Assembly: GCF_009914755.1 (NCBI RefSeq)
Contig: NC_060931.1
DNA length: 64,000 nucleotides
Strand: one strand, 5' to 3'
Source: the human T2T-CHM13v2.0 reference genome, Homo sapiens
In this document: in pieces, positions 1-14,062 of the stretch
Numbering within the stretch: the stretch's first letter is position 1
Layout: each line of letters begins with the position of its first letter
Position numbers and translations under genes: made by a program
The notes under the pieces: model-generated
What the model was told of the DNA's origin: nothing
What the model saw: the letters and a program-made list of their open reading frames with translations, nothing else
The model's database searches: none

Positions 1-3000
1 TTGTCTCAAACAGAGCAGCAGCTTTTTTGTTTCTTAAATTCCTACCCGATTGAATTGTCAGGTCTACCTTCTAATCTACTCAAAATAAGTGATATATTTC
101 ACCAAAATTCAGAGAGTTTTTTCTGTAAATATCTGATTTGCATTTAATGAGCTACAAGTGCTTGACATTATCATCACAGCAATAAATGACTTTCTTGATG
201 ACTACTCAAATGAACTCGCAGGACAGCTGTAAACCTTGGCTCTAATACAAAGGTATAACTCTCATTCTAATAACCTCACTTGTCCTTCTCTTGGTCCTTG
301 GGCTTTCAAGGAGGAGAAAAAGACATAGCTTTCCTGGGGCTGTAGTTATTTGACTCATACTTACTTAACATAGCACTGTTATCCACCGCTTGTCCTGGTC
401 ATAGCAAACATTGATAGAGATATACTTAATTGAAAGAACTAAAGGCTAATTAAGATAAATGTACAGACAAAGTAAATGAAAATTTTATGGAGGAGATAAA
501 GTAAGATTTAAACAGGAAAATCAAGGTCACAATATGAGTGGCTATCACTGAATTTATACTAATAAAATGAAGAAAGGGGAAAAATCAGATAATTGAAATG
601 ATACATGTTTTATGGGGAAAATCACATCACAAGGACAACTTTTGGATGATCACCAACAAAGGTAGGGCATATGATAGAAAACCTTCAAAAATGAAATATT
701 TAACTCACAGAAAACAAACTATGTCAAGAAAAGTCACTCATGCAAGCAGACTAAAAAAGCTAATTCAATTGTTTGAATGATTAAGAACAATTACAGACAA
801 AAATACTTGCTGTTGAAGAAAACAAGAATATTTCCCTCATGTTATCCAGGTTGACTGCCTGCATTAATCTAGTTTATTAGATTGATTAATCACTTAGCTT
901 TGTTTTTATCAGCACAGCCTTAGTGTCTTAAAGCCTTAAGCCCTGTGGGGTATTCTTTAGTCTCATCATCTTCAAACTGAATCTTTGAATCAATTAATCT
1001 TAGAATGCATACTGATTGTGCTCCATGTACCTGTGTCTCAAAAATAATACCATTTGTGATTAAACATATTTTTTTATGTAAATCAGTATACCAAAACTCA
1101 ACATGATTATTTTTCAAAAAATGTAGCTGAATAAATAATGATGTTTATTAAGCATCAACTAACTACACGCTCACTCTTTCCTTATTTAATGGCCTTTACC
1201 AGAAACTGTTCAGCTCAATTTGTTATTTGTCTGTTTAACCAGATATTTCTCTATAACTCATCCGCAACTTCTCCAGGCTTAAAGGATTATTCTTATAATA
1301 CCTAAATTGCCTAGCATGTTTGGTCAGAGGAAGCCAAGCCTTTGCCACTTCCGATTTTAGAAAAACTCCACCAAATGCATTTGTGTTTTATGCAGCCTAA
1401 TGGTCACTTAGTCCCTTCTTCCTTCTTCTCTGGTTGTCCTCTGTTCTACGGTCAAGTTAGTTTAAATACTCCTGGTCTCCTACACTATTTCATCCTAAAG
1501 GAGAACACAAACTCTTCTCTCAGTTGTCCAAAGAAATTCTCAGACCTGGCTATCAATTTTAACAAAAATTCATCAAAATCTTGGGGACAATAGAAAGGTT
1601 AAAAAAAAAAGTTAACTAAACTGAGAAAAAAAATGTATACTCCCAGTCATACCTCCAGATTCTTCTACTGAATGAAGGTGCTCCCAACCCCCAGGCTACT
1701 GTCATTTCAAGAGGCCAGTTCACCCACCACATAGGAGTGACCAACCGCCTCAGACTCCCCTGACAGAAGTCAAGACTCTCACCCTCATGAGGTTCCTAGA
1801 GAAGAAACAAAAGCTTTCTTCTGTTGCTTTATGCAACTTTGTTGTCTTTATTTCTCTAAAAGTAAACCATCTCAAAATTCAAATTCATCTGAAAGAAAAT
1901 AAACTTTTCATTATTATTCACCAGTATTTTTCTTCTCATGCCTCTAATTATTCCCTTTCAGACTGGGGATATTGGCCTTTACATTAGAAAAATTTTAAAA
2001 AATCTATGAATGCCATTCTCCTCTTCCTCAAAGATAAGGTACAACTTCCTCTCAAAATTAAGCTAAAAATGTTGTATTCTAGAGAACACGAAACAACAAT
2101 TGGCAACTCTAAAGCTGCTGTTTTTCCTCTACACCAACAAAACTACTTGAATCCTCTCCCGCTAAAGTACTGTTAACACGTTGGTATGATTTACTAGCTA
2201 GTTATTATTTAGTTATTACTAAAATTAATGGTTATGTGAATAAAATCAGCAGAGAATTTCTAAACCAATTGACATGTGAAGTTTATTACTATGTCTGAGT
2301 TTATGGGCGTTTTGACAGTGTTCTTTCTTAGACTTACATGTCTGAAACTTGGAAAACACAGGATAAACTGGTTTTAGTTGAATATTGCTGGAATATATGG
2401 AGCGATTAGTCAGATCACTGACTATCTAACTGACTCTCACCTTTAAAGCACCATATAGGAATTGTGCTAAACATCTTAATTATTTTTAAGAAAGAATCAA
2501 AACAGCTCTATATACATAAGACATTGAATATGTATTTAATCTTCTTTCCCCTCAAAAAGAAAAAGAGAAATCATCTACAACTTTTTGTATAAGACAGACA
2601 AATGCAATTCTTGTAAAACCTTAGATACTTTTGGAAAAGAGCCAAATATGTTGTCTTATTCCCTGGAAATAGCATCATAATCACACAATATTAAAATTTA
2701 CCATTTACGTGAAGATGAATGAAGTGTGGATGATTCAGTGGCAAAAGGCAGGATTTAATTGGGTCCTAATCTTAAATTTGAAAATAATGTTTGGTTGGAA
2801 GTTCTTTTTACAATTAGTAGAGAGTATGATGGCCAAGCTCTCAATACTCCTGAATAAAATATTCATGAATTGTGAGAACCCTGAACAGATCAGGGGCGAA
2901 GATCACGGGACAGTATGTATAGAGCACTTGCTTTCCATATCATGATGATTAGAAATTTCTTACGAATCAGACTGGGAAAATGGAGAGACTAAGATATTAA

Positions 3001-4459
3001 CAACAACAAGAAAATGGTACAAAGAACAATTTATTTTCACAATGAAGAGTTTTCTATGTTTAATTATTTACTCAATACCAGAGCAGCTATCATTTCAAAT
3101 ACAACAAAAACACAAAAGTAAAAAATGAAAATGAAAGCATGATTCAGCAGTGTGGCTGATTTTCCTTCTCATCAAGTTCTGGCAGAGAAGTGGAATGGTT
3201 AACATCTCTGGGTGCTCAAGGTCTCCAAGTCTTTTCTGCCTGCCTCACTATGCAAACTTTAATATTTAATGCCAAACCTTTCTCTTCCTTCCTTCTTAAA
3301 TGCTGACTGTAGTTATTCTAAACTTGGACTGGTAAACCACCCTTGATTTCTTTCAGGTGCCTCTGCTTCACTCATGGTTCACGATTTATTTCTCAAAATA
3401 AATAACTCTGGTTAATTTCAGGGGATTTCTTTTAAGCTAACAACTCTACCCTAATCTGAATATTTTTGGAACTTGAACATTATCTTGATTCAAGTAAAAC
3501 ATAATAAAACTACTGAAATGGAAGAGCACAATCCCTTTCCCTGCACATTGAAAGTTATGAGGGAGAAGCGAGTGATGGAAATGAAAAGTAAGGCTGGAGT
3601 GAATCTCGAGCCAAGTACACATTCACACCAAGAAACTGCAAACCAAAGCTACTAGGGCAGTTGAGAGAACAGAAACTCACCCTGTCTCACCTGTATTGGT
3701 AGTGGCTGTGTATGGCTTAATGTTTAAATGGTGCCCAAGGCATCTTTGACATTTTTTACTCAGATGAGAAACAGCTAAACATCATTAGAAAATTTGGCCT
3801 GTTTAATCATATGCTGAACCCTTTCTAGTTCCAGAGGAGGATTAGTCTGGTCGGCATCCAGTTGACTTGGCATCAAGGTGCAGCTGGAATGGGAGCTTGG
3901 CTAGAACAGGGAATGAATGTCATCAAAACATGAATCAGGTTTCCTGAGACCCACTGTGTGAAATATTGGCATTCCTGTTACTTTATTATGTTCTCTCCTT
4001 CTAAAACTGTTAAATTTTGTAATGTAACCTAGGCTTTTACAGAAGTGACAAATAAAAAGCTAAATCGACACTTAGAATGTTCAAGGGTGCTCTGGAATGA
4101 TGATTGTAGCTCTTTTTGTGGTACTGTAAAATATGAATAGTTTAGGTCCCAAATTCTTTTCACATTACAGAAAACTGAGAAACTAGATCAACCAATAATA
4201 ATTATATAAGCTTCAATGCTGGTTTGTAAAAATATGTCAAAAAATTAACATGCCTGCCAGCATTGGATATTAGATCTTATCAATTCTGATTGCTACAGAT
4301 GTATGCAAAAAAACATATCATTAATGGCAGATGCATTTAAACACATTTATCATTGAGCTTTGACGTATGTTTAACAGTTAACTTTGACTTACATTTCCCG
4401 ATACTAAAAAGGTAAGGGTTAGGTACAGGGAAACAGCATAAGTCCTGCATTTGTGGAAT

Positions 4460-4830
4460 GGGAAGTGATTAAGAGAGTGGGTTTTGAAGTCAGGCAACTG
4501 AGTACCTGGCAACACTATTTAAAAGATAATGAACTCACGTGAATTTCTTAATCGTTCTGTGCCTCAGTTTACTCACGTGTAAATGAAGATAATATAAATA
4601 CCATACACAGTAGTACAGCAAAGAAGATAATCCATATAAATTGTTTGAAGGATTGTTGAATATTTTATTCATATCACATGCATTGCTTGTTACTTATTCA
4701 TTCATTTCCTTATTCAACAAATATTTAATTGCTAAAGTGCCTACCGTATACTTATGGTTCTAGTAGCTTAGAATTCATTAGTAAATAAAACAGAAGAAAA
4801 TCTTTGCCTTTGGGAAGCTTTTTTTTAATG
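4460..4830. mobile_element. MIR fragment followed by L2 3' tail fragment
   Basis: MIR core-like ctgtgcctcagtttactcacgtgtaaatgaagataat; inverted L2 tail-like attcattcatt...ttcaacaaatatttaatt. Confidence 0.55.
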
Positions 4831-5048
4831 TGTGGAGGTAAGCTTTATATCCAACATTTTTGCTTGACTGATTTATGTTAAAATAACTCATGTTTTACTG
4901 CAGCTGAAACATTTAAACTTCAACTCACATATTATCAGTAATTATAATCACAATTTTGTCTCTTCAGAGATGGCCCAGAGAAGTTAGTCTCAATTCCATT
5001 ACTGACCTGATTCATTAGGAAAATACCCCTCTTACAAAAGAAAGCTTT

Positions 5049-5229
5049 TATATATTGTATACTTGAAAATTGCTAAAAGAAGAGGTTTTAAATGTCCTAA
5101 CCACAAAAAAGTACATAAGGTAATCCATATTTTGAATAGCGTGATTTAACCATTCCACAATGTTTACATATATCAAAATAGCATGTTTTACACCATAAAT
5201 ATGTGCAATTTTTGTCAATAAAAAATAAA
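5049..5229 (+). mobile_element. L1MA-type 3' end fragment
   Basis: tatattgtatacttgaaaattgctaa...cattccacaatgtttacatatatcaaaa...caccataaatat followed by an A-rich tail. Confidence 0.75.
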
Positions 5230-5559
5230 CAAATAGCTGAAATAATATATTGTTTTTAGAAAGAAGGCCTTTAGAAGGGTGGTTGTCTCTGCAGATTTTA
5301 ACAGACACAGATAGTAACACCAAATTTTATTCCTTAGCCCTTGGCTCTTCAATAACTTGTTTCTTCTTTTAACATGTTTTTAAGGACATTAGGACAATAT
5401 GTCACAAGCCACATTCCATGCTGTCATTTATCTTATGCTGGATGATAGTAAATAAACTTACAGCTTTTCTTAAATAATTTAAGAATAAATGTCATTTACA
5501 GAAGACTTATTTTGATACACTTTAAAATAACTAAAAAAGTATGTCTGGATTGTTTTTAA

Positions 5560-5700
5560 GACAAAGGATAAATGCTTTAGCCCGTTTACCATGATGTGAT
5601 TATTATACATTGCATGCCTGTATCAAAGTGTCTCAGGTACCCCATAAATATATACACCTACTACGTACCCACAAAAATTAAAAACTAAAAAAAGAAATTA
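5560..5700 (+). mobile_element. L1MA1-3-type 3' end fragment
   Basis: atgatgtgattattatacattgcatgcctgtatcaaa...ccccataaatatatacacctactacgtacccacaaaaattaaaaa. Confidence 0.8.
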
Positions 5701-6303
5701 ATTTTAAAAGCCCTCAATGTGCAATGTTAGCTACATGTAACTGTTCAAGTGGCCTATTTTTAGAGAAAACTACCTATTGTTTTATTTTTGATAGAAACAA
5801 GTTGTTTCTAGAGCTACTTAATGGTACTGGCAAAATTTGGCAACCATGTGATTTTTGGTTTCCATAGTATCATCTTGGTTTTCTTTTAACATATATAAAT
5901 AATAGAAATATCAAGTTTTTAATTATTTAATTAAAATTACTGTAGCTTTAATGTGTAATATAACGTTCAGAACAACTTTAAAAATTGTTACTTTTTATGA
6001 ATCGTTTCAATGACCCATTGAAGTGATCAAAACGATTGCCAAGAGACCCCTCTATCTTTGTTTTTGAGCTGCACACATATTTTGAGATAGGGTAAAAAAT
6101 ACAGAGAAGATCTTTCCATAATGTTTCAATTGCTTCAGGTAGAATAAAATCATTCAAAGATGCTCCTCGCTTTGAGTTATTCTCTTGCCATATCTATTTT
6201 ACTCACGGATTTTATTCTTCTTTCCTTGCCTCTCCATTGCTTACCCTCCAAATATAATAAGAAATAAGTAATCAAGCATGCTTAGTTAAAAATAGCAATT
6301 CAT

Positions 6304-6599
<296 letters not shown>

Positions 6600-9459
6600 A
6601 ATAGCAATTCATGGGAAAAGTTTCTTGGTCCTCTTATCTCAGACCGCAAAAAGCAGACATATCTATGACGTCAATCACATTTAGAATTGATTTGTAAAAT
6701 GCTCATCTATTTAATTTTTTTCTATCTTAGCGATATGTTAAAGACCACCTACTAAACATCATTCATTCATAATTAATTTGAACATCCATCTCTCCACTGA
6801 TGGCTTGATGAATCATACTACTGTTCCCAAAAGAAATACAAGGTTTTGCCTTTTACTAGCGAAGCAAAGCAGAATCTACTGAAATCACAATAATCCAATT
6901 CATTAATTTAGATACTCTTGATCCAAGACTTGTTTTAACCTGGACCATCTGGATTGGCTGTATCCATAGCTCAGAGGTGATTAGGAACCTGGGAAGCCCT
7001 CCGCTTTGAGAGTAAATATTGGTAAGTATTAACATTGCTTGTAGTCCTAAGATGTATTGTTTTGGCATTAAGCAAAAGGGATGGGGGATCAGTGGAGTCT
7101 CCAATTTGATGCTCATTAAGATTGCCAGAATATTTTCACTGAAATCAGATAATTTCGTATTAAATCAGCCACACCAATCTCCCTGGGTATTTTCTGCTAT
7201 CATAGACCAACAAGGAATGAGGTGACATGTGGTTGACTTCATTAGGTCAGATTTTGTGGGTTATGGAAACAGAGCTGCCCTCAGCATTCTAGGCTTTTCT
7301 CAGTCTAAAAACCCATTTAGAAGGCAAACAGTCAGACAACCCACTGTTACATTTTAACATGAAATGGTTCAGCACAGCAATATTCTCATTTAGGTTTGAA
7401 AATATTGTTATTGTTCTGCTGTAAATGACAGCCAAAGAAGAATGTTGATCAAAGTATTTGAGACATCGTTTCCATCTTTTCCTAAATATTCCCCTATTGT
7501 CACTGCTCAGTTCAACCCCCAAGCCTGAGAAACAAGTATCTTGTTTGGGGAGTTCATCATATTTAAGTAGGTTAACCTCAGCTTTGTTTGCATCTACCAT
7601 ATAGCTCTTCTTTGTTATCAAGTATTTAATTTGCGATAAGCCTGCAGTTAGGGGTTGAAAATAAATACATTTTAAGCTTATTAGATGTATGTAATTGTGC
7701 TTGAATTTGTATCATTTGAAAAACTGAAGTTAAAATGGGCTTCATAAAACCTTTTTCTCTTTGGAAAACGACAAAGCATACCTTTGAAAAGTACTATTGG
7801 CAAGTGCAACCAATGTGAAGAAAAACATACAGTCAATTTTACTTGAATTTGCTTTCACCTTGTTATTTGGTGCTATGTTTTTTTTCTTTTTTCCTTTTTC
7901 CTTATTTTTTTTTTTTGGCCTTCTGCCATTTTTAGGAAACAGTTCATTTTCTTAAATGAAGAAAGAGATTCTGAGAAGCAGAGATTCCGATTCCAAGCAA
8001 TCTCCAGAATACAATTTCCAGCTACTGGTCTAAAGTATTTGGCACTTTCAGCCAAGAATTTATAATCCTCCATCAGACCCTGCCATTTGAAATAATCATA
8101 GTTTTGTTATTTTACTTTGAAAATTGTGCTCTCTGGGACTGCCATTCAAAGAAAAATAAACCAAAAATATAGATAAAACCAATCATTCTGTCATTCCCTG
8201 TTCTGCATCTTAGTAGAGATGATGGTGACAGATGAAAATCATTTGAAAGAAGGATTGCTTCTGTATATCAACCCAAACGTAACTTGTTTTGTATTGTCAG
8301 ATAACAATGCTGACTGGAGTAATGAGAAAATAAACATGGACAGGGGCATCAGTGGAAAAGTCCATCACTCAATTTCTACCAATAATAAATAAATGGAGGA
8401 AAAAATATATTCATTACATGGTTGAAAGACCCAAAGCCCATAACATCTAGAAATGCAATTTCCAAACATCCTGGAGCATTTTTAGAAGCTGTAGCTGAAT
8501 ATCAATACAGTATTTGCTCATCTCCAAAGTCATATTTTTGTTATTTTTTTCTTCCCTGTGTTTCAGTATGGCATACTTCTTTTACTGATCCAGTAAACAT
8601 AAACCTTGGCAAGGTCGCAGGTCACAGTTACTATAAAATTGACAAGCATATTGAAGAAGAGAGATATTAGTGAAACAAACTATCTGTCATGGGGAGAACC
8701 ACTTATATTGTGGTCAAACTATTTTCAAACTTTCCAAATAAAACAAGTTGTACTATTGGTCGGTTGATACTGTTATCAAACCAAGATCCCCCGTGTTCTT
8801 GCAGTCATGGTAACAAGATGCACTGAAGTGTTTTGGAATGATCTATGTCAGAAAAAAAGATGATTAAATCACTGAAAATACTGTTTTGCATTTTGAGGAT
8901 TGTACTCTGGATGTAAATATATAAATTTAGTGAATCTTTTGACTGATTTCACTAGACTGACCAGTTGGTAGTTAGACCAACAATCAAAAATGGGGAAGTC
9001 AGCCTTTATGAACTGAACCCAGTCTTCTCGCAAATCTGGCAACTGAGTGATACATGAATGCAGAATACTTAGTAGGCAGAGGCTATCCTTTCTTTTTTTT
9101 TAAATAAGGCCTTTCTCCAATGTGAGGTTATATTTTCAGTTCGTACCTAAAATGAAAATATTTTCTCTACTTAGTGTTTCATTTTCCTCAAAATGAAAAC
9201 ACACAACTTTCAGGAAATACATTGGGTATATAACTTTTCCAATCTTAATTCGTTTATTATTGGGAGAGTATCATTCTCAGGATTTCTTTCGAATTCTTGC
9301 TGGCTTTATAACATGGAGCAAAGTTTAAAACAATCTTAAGGTGTATAAGCTCTGGAGAAGTCAGCTGAATCGAGTAATTAATCAAGATGCCGCTTTTCTG
9401 CTCTCTGGCCTCTGTTTGTGAATACTCCCTGCTATCGTGCTCCCCAAGAATTCTACTCT

Positions 9460-9939
9460 ACTTTGAAGTGAGCTGTGTTCCCCCAAAATTTATATGTTGA
9501 AGCCTTAAGCCCCTATACCTCCCAAGGGTTCCAGCTTCAATACCATCATATAAGATATTGAAAGGATAATCATTACTATACTTTTATACTATATCTTCAT
9601 TATACTTTCAATATCCTACATGATGTTATTGAAGATGTGACCTTTGGGAGGTTATTAGGTTTTCATGTGGTCATGAGAGCCGGGCCGTCATGTTGGGATT
9701 ACTTCCCTTATAAAAAGAAACCAGAGAGCTTTTCCTCTGTCCCCTAACTAACTCTGTGAGGACACAAAGAGAAGATAGCCAATTGCAAGCCAGGTAGAAA
9801 GCTCTCACTAGAAACCAAATCAGACAGCATTTAAATAGACTTTCTAGCCTCAAGATCTGTGAGAAATAAATGTCTGTTGTTTTAGCCCCCAGGTTATGAA
9901 ATTTTTCTGTTGTTATAGCAACCAGAGCAGACGAGGAAA
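9460..9939 (+). mobile_element. MLT1 (MLT1A/B-like) MaLR solo LTR with internal insertion
   Basis: tgtgttcccccaaaatttatatgttgaagcc...cctttgggaggttattaggtt...ctgtgagaaataaatgtctgttgttttagcc...gttatagca. Confidence 0.8.
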
Positions 9940-12508
9940 ACCTACCACTAATGTTGAAGAAACCCAACATTATGACAGGTAGGACAAGTTCCACCATATC
10001 ACCTGTATTAAGGTTTTCCCAGGGCACACATGCTTATGGGTATTGCACCTCACCAACAAGCCTGCTAAAAAGTCATTGGCTTCTTGTCTTGTTCTTGCCA
10101 CAGAGTAGTTCTAGGCCATCAGCGGGACAATTGGAATTGAGAGTATCATAGAATCTCTTTGCGTGTTATTTTCTTAAGGTCTAACATTAAAAGACCACTA
10201 TGAAAGCACTTTTCAGATTAGATATAAAAGTAATTACTATCAGAAAGATTTCCACCAATGATAGAAAGAAAAACACAATAATTTTTCAGATGAGTTTGCT
10301 TTTTTGGGTTTAAAGAAATAAGTCAATTTAATAAGAAATGAACTGTAACCCCTAAATTCCTTTGGATTAATGTCATGTGTTGTGTATAGATTGCAAGGGA
10401 ACTAAAACTGCATATACACAAGCAGAATTAGACAAGAAAGAACACTCAGAAATGATGCGCTTTAAACTCCCTGCTAGAGGTTAAAGGGATTGTAAAACAA
10501 TCACTTGAGACAGAACTGGGACTCAACCACATCATTGGTCTCAAGTATGCATATTGAAGATATTTATCAGATAAGAATTTTATTAATTCATTTTCCATTA
10601 ATCTGAAATATATTATAATTTGACCTGCCTTTTATGTAGTTTGGCTTTATGCTCTCTCTTGAAAAGCAAAGCATAAGGAATATTATAGAAAATATGTTTG
10701 CCCTATTTGAAAGAAGTGTGTTTAACTGCTTTATCACATTAATTCGTTTTACGTAACTAGATGTTGTTACTTAAAGATCATGGAATCATGGGTCATGGTC
10801 TGGAAAGATCCTGAAAGTTCATCTGGTTTCGCCATCTGCCTCCTAACCAATGAAACATTCTTCTACTCATTTTGCAGTAAAATATGCTGATTAAAAGAGG
10901 TCAGGCTGTACCTGGAAATATCTTGTCAGCAATTACTTTTGTTGTTGTCATCATTTCTTTGAGTATAGCAAGACTGCATTCTTAATCGAACATATTCTGT
11001 AATTTGGATTTTCTCCCAGATTTGATTATCCTGTCTCCCAATTAGTATAATTTGGAGGAGTCTTACTATGCATGTGCCTGCTTGTACTCAATTTTTATGT
11101 ACAGAATTTGACTCTAACTTCTGTCATTGCTGTATTTTGTCCATTACATTTATAAACTGTAGTCAATTTTTGTTTTATAAATGATCAAGGCATTTTACTT
11201 TTTATCTGATATATTCCTGGGCCATGCTGTTAAATTATATTGTATTCTATATAAATGACAAGTAACATAAATCTGACGTGGAAAACGCTTGTCTATTTAC
11301 AAGATATACGTTAATGAGATTGATTGGGTGTGTGAATTGAGAATTCAGTTTTATGATTTTATAGCCACCCTTTATATGATTATAGATTTAATTTTTCTCA
11401 AAAGTGTTAAACTTTACAGGGAAAACTTCCCTTCAATCTTTTCAGAAACAGAGTTGCTGATAAGTAAATGCAGAAATATGGTGCTGCATAATGCTTTACA
11501 ATCATTCTATTCCAGGTGAGAATCACATAAATTGGACCGGACTGGTAGAGCTCAGAAATGGCCTTCAGACCACATCAGCAAAGAAAACCCACACACATAG
11601 ACACACACAGCTGCCAGGAGTATCTATGGTATTTGTTAAATGATTTTTGCTTATTATTCTACATATGCAATTAGCTCCATTACTCAGTTAACTCTCCTTC
11701 CATGCTCATCAGTCAGCTGGAGAAAACAACCATCGCTAGTCCGTTGACTTCAAGAAAAAAAAACTGCTAACGGGAATCCAGAAATTTCCCTCTTTTTCCT
11801 CACCCTCTTTTCACAATTATCTTGCAATATGAGGCAAAAAGAAGGTTGCTGAAAAAATGCAATTGTTTTATATGATACATATTTATCTTGTAAACGTAGG
11901 GTGTGGGGGAAAGGGACTGCTAGCACCTCAGTCCTCATTGCTCACTATGTTCTAATTGCTCTGACCCGAAGGAAATCTGAGAAAAGGGTTTAGAAAAAAT
12001 TGAAAGATATGCTGACCTTCCATGCCTAGCAGGTGAATGGTTCCTGGTGCATCACTGGGAAAACAAAAAGACAGTACTGTAAATACAATAAGACTGGGGT
12101 AAATAGGAATTGCAGGCAGTTAGTTATGCTTGCTTATTTGACTTTGCCCATGATAAGGGTCTTGACTGTAAAATAAAGGAAGGATGCAGAGAGTAGCATA
12201 GGGAGTAAGGTTGGTGGGGAAACAGAGTCAGTGGCTCTCTTCGGTGATGATAGGACAGAACTCTGTTCACAGAGAGATTCTGTGATTATAAAGCTGTGTT
12301 CCTGAAACTCCTAATGGCCTAGGGTGCAGGATAGTCTCCTTCTGATTGACCTCCAACACAGAAGCACGTGCCCTGTGTTCAGAGATGCTAAGTGGAATCT
12401 ATACGTCACATTGTCACTTCTGTGATATGTGACTTATTAATATTAAATGATCACCACACCCTCACCTTTAACTCCCTCTCACACCTCCAGCTGTGTGATG
12501 TTCTATAT

Positions 12509-12645
12509 CTGCATTGTCCAGTACGGCAGTCACCAGCCACATGTGGCTACTGAGCACTTTAAATGTGGCTAGTACAACTGATGAACTGAATTTTAAATTT
12601 TATTTAATTTTAATATCTTAAAATTAAGTAGTCACCTATGGCTTT
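12509..12645. mobile_element. MER3-like hAT-Charlie MITE fragment
   Basis: ttgtccagtacggcagtcaccagccacatgtggctactgagcactttaaatgtggctagt...gaactgaattttaaattttatttaatt. Confidence 0.8.
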
Positions 12646-13480
12646 GCCTTAGAAGTAGCATTGGTTTGGCCAATGTCACAGGCTATACAACTTCAAACAG
12701 TTTAGCAGATTTAAAGTTGACCTTACTTTCTTTCTCTCTTGTGCAGGAGTGACAATAAGAAGTGTGCACTGTGAAAATTGACATCCTGAGTACATAAGAG
12801 CTGTCAACATCTAGGGGAAGACTGTGACCTTACTTCGTAGCCCTCACTCCTCCCCAAGGGTAAGACCCTCTCTACCCAATGAGATCAGTTGTTACATTAG
12901 GTTGAGAATACTGACTTAAAGCAGCAACCGGTAAATGTGGAGCAAAAAGATGATGGTTACAGTTCATATCTTCATTAATGTCTATAGAACCTGAATAGTA
13001 AGGGGACAGTCGATCAATGTCTGCTAACTGCAAATGAGTAGGCTTGCTAGCTAGCTCTCTAACACTCTTCAGTGCATACTGTCTTTTATTTCCTCTCACC
13101 TCCATTCTAGGACAAGATTAAGATATTTAGAAGCCCTACACACTTAAGGACTGTGGTGCTTCATTCACATGTCATCCTTAATGAAAACAACATCAGAGAG
13201 TAAAATAAATGTAAAGATGTTCAGCGAAGTTTGTCCAAAAATACTATTGCCTTAAGCACAATGGTGAGTCTGCCTTGTGGGTAATCAGTGACTTTTCCAT
13301 CCCCAGTGCTTTTTTTTTTTTTTTTTTGTCAGTCCAACAGCTATTACCCTGGTTTGAAGAGATCAAGAGCAGGCATCCCAAATCAGCAACTCCCTCGGGG
13401 CATTGAAGTAAATGGTTTCTTTTATTCTACCTCTCAGTCCTTTTCCTCTAACTTTACATCTACCTTCCTCAGTTCTGAAC

Positions 13481-13777
13481 TTTTTTTTTTTGAGATGGAG
13501 TCTCACTCTTTCACCCAGGCCCCAGGCTGGAGTGCAGTGGCTTGATCGCTGCTCACTGCAAGCTCTGCCTCCTGGGTTCAAGTGATTCTCCTGCCTCAGC
13601 CTCCTGAGTAGCTGGAACTACAGGCACGCACCACCATGCCCAGCTAATTTTTGTGTTTTAAGTAGAGATGGGGTTTCACCATGTTGGCCAGGATGGTCTC
13701 GATCTCTTGACCTCGTGATCCACCCGCCTCTGCCTCCCAAAGTGCTGGGATTACAGGCGTGAGCCACCACGCCCAAC
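13481..13777 (-). mobile_element. AluS (AluSc-like), full length, with TSD
   Basis: Poly-T then Alu body; ggatggtctcgatctcttgacctcgtgatcc; TSD cctcagttctgaa at 13467-13479 and 13778-13790; small internal cccaggc duplication. Confidence 0.93.
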
Positions 13778-13869
13778 CCTCAGTTCTGAATTTAAAACCA
13801 AAGACCTGGGATAGACTTTGGAGAAAGTAGGAAGACCTCGTGACCGTAGTTTATGTTGTTCTTTTAAGT

Positions 13870-14062
13870 ATTTGGTCCTTAAATATGAGTAACGAGTCCA
13901 AATCACCAGCAGAGCTCCTTAAAAAATACAGACTGCTAAGCCCCATTTCAGAATGGCAGACTGAGTAGTTCTGAGATGAGGCCTGAGAATTTGCACTTCT
14001 AATAAGTTTTCAGGTAATACTTAGATACTGATCTGGGAACCTCACTTTGAGAACAAATATTC
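13870..14062. mobile_element. MER5A-like hAT-Charlie element
   Basis: aatcacc...aaaatacagactgct...ggcctgagaatttgcacttctaataagtttt...cactttgagaac. Confidence 0.75.

Noticed and set aside
7289-7621. 110-aa minus-strand ORF in non-repeat sequence
   Set aside because: Non-ATG start, no recognisable domain, no splice or pseudogene hallmarks; length compatible with chance in 64 kb.
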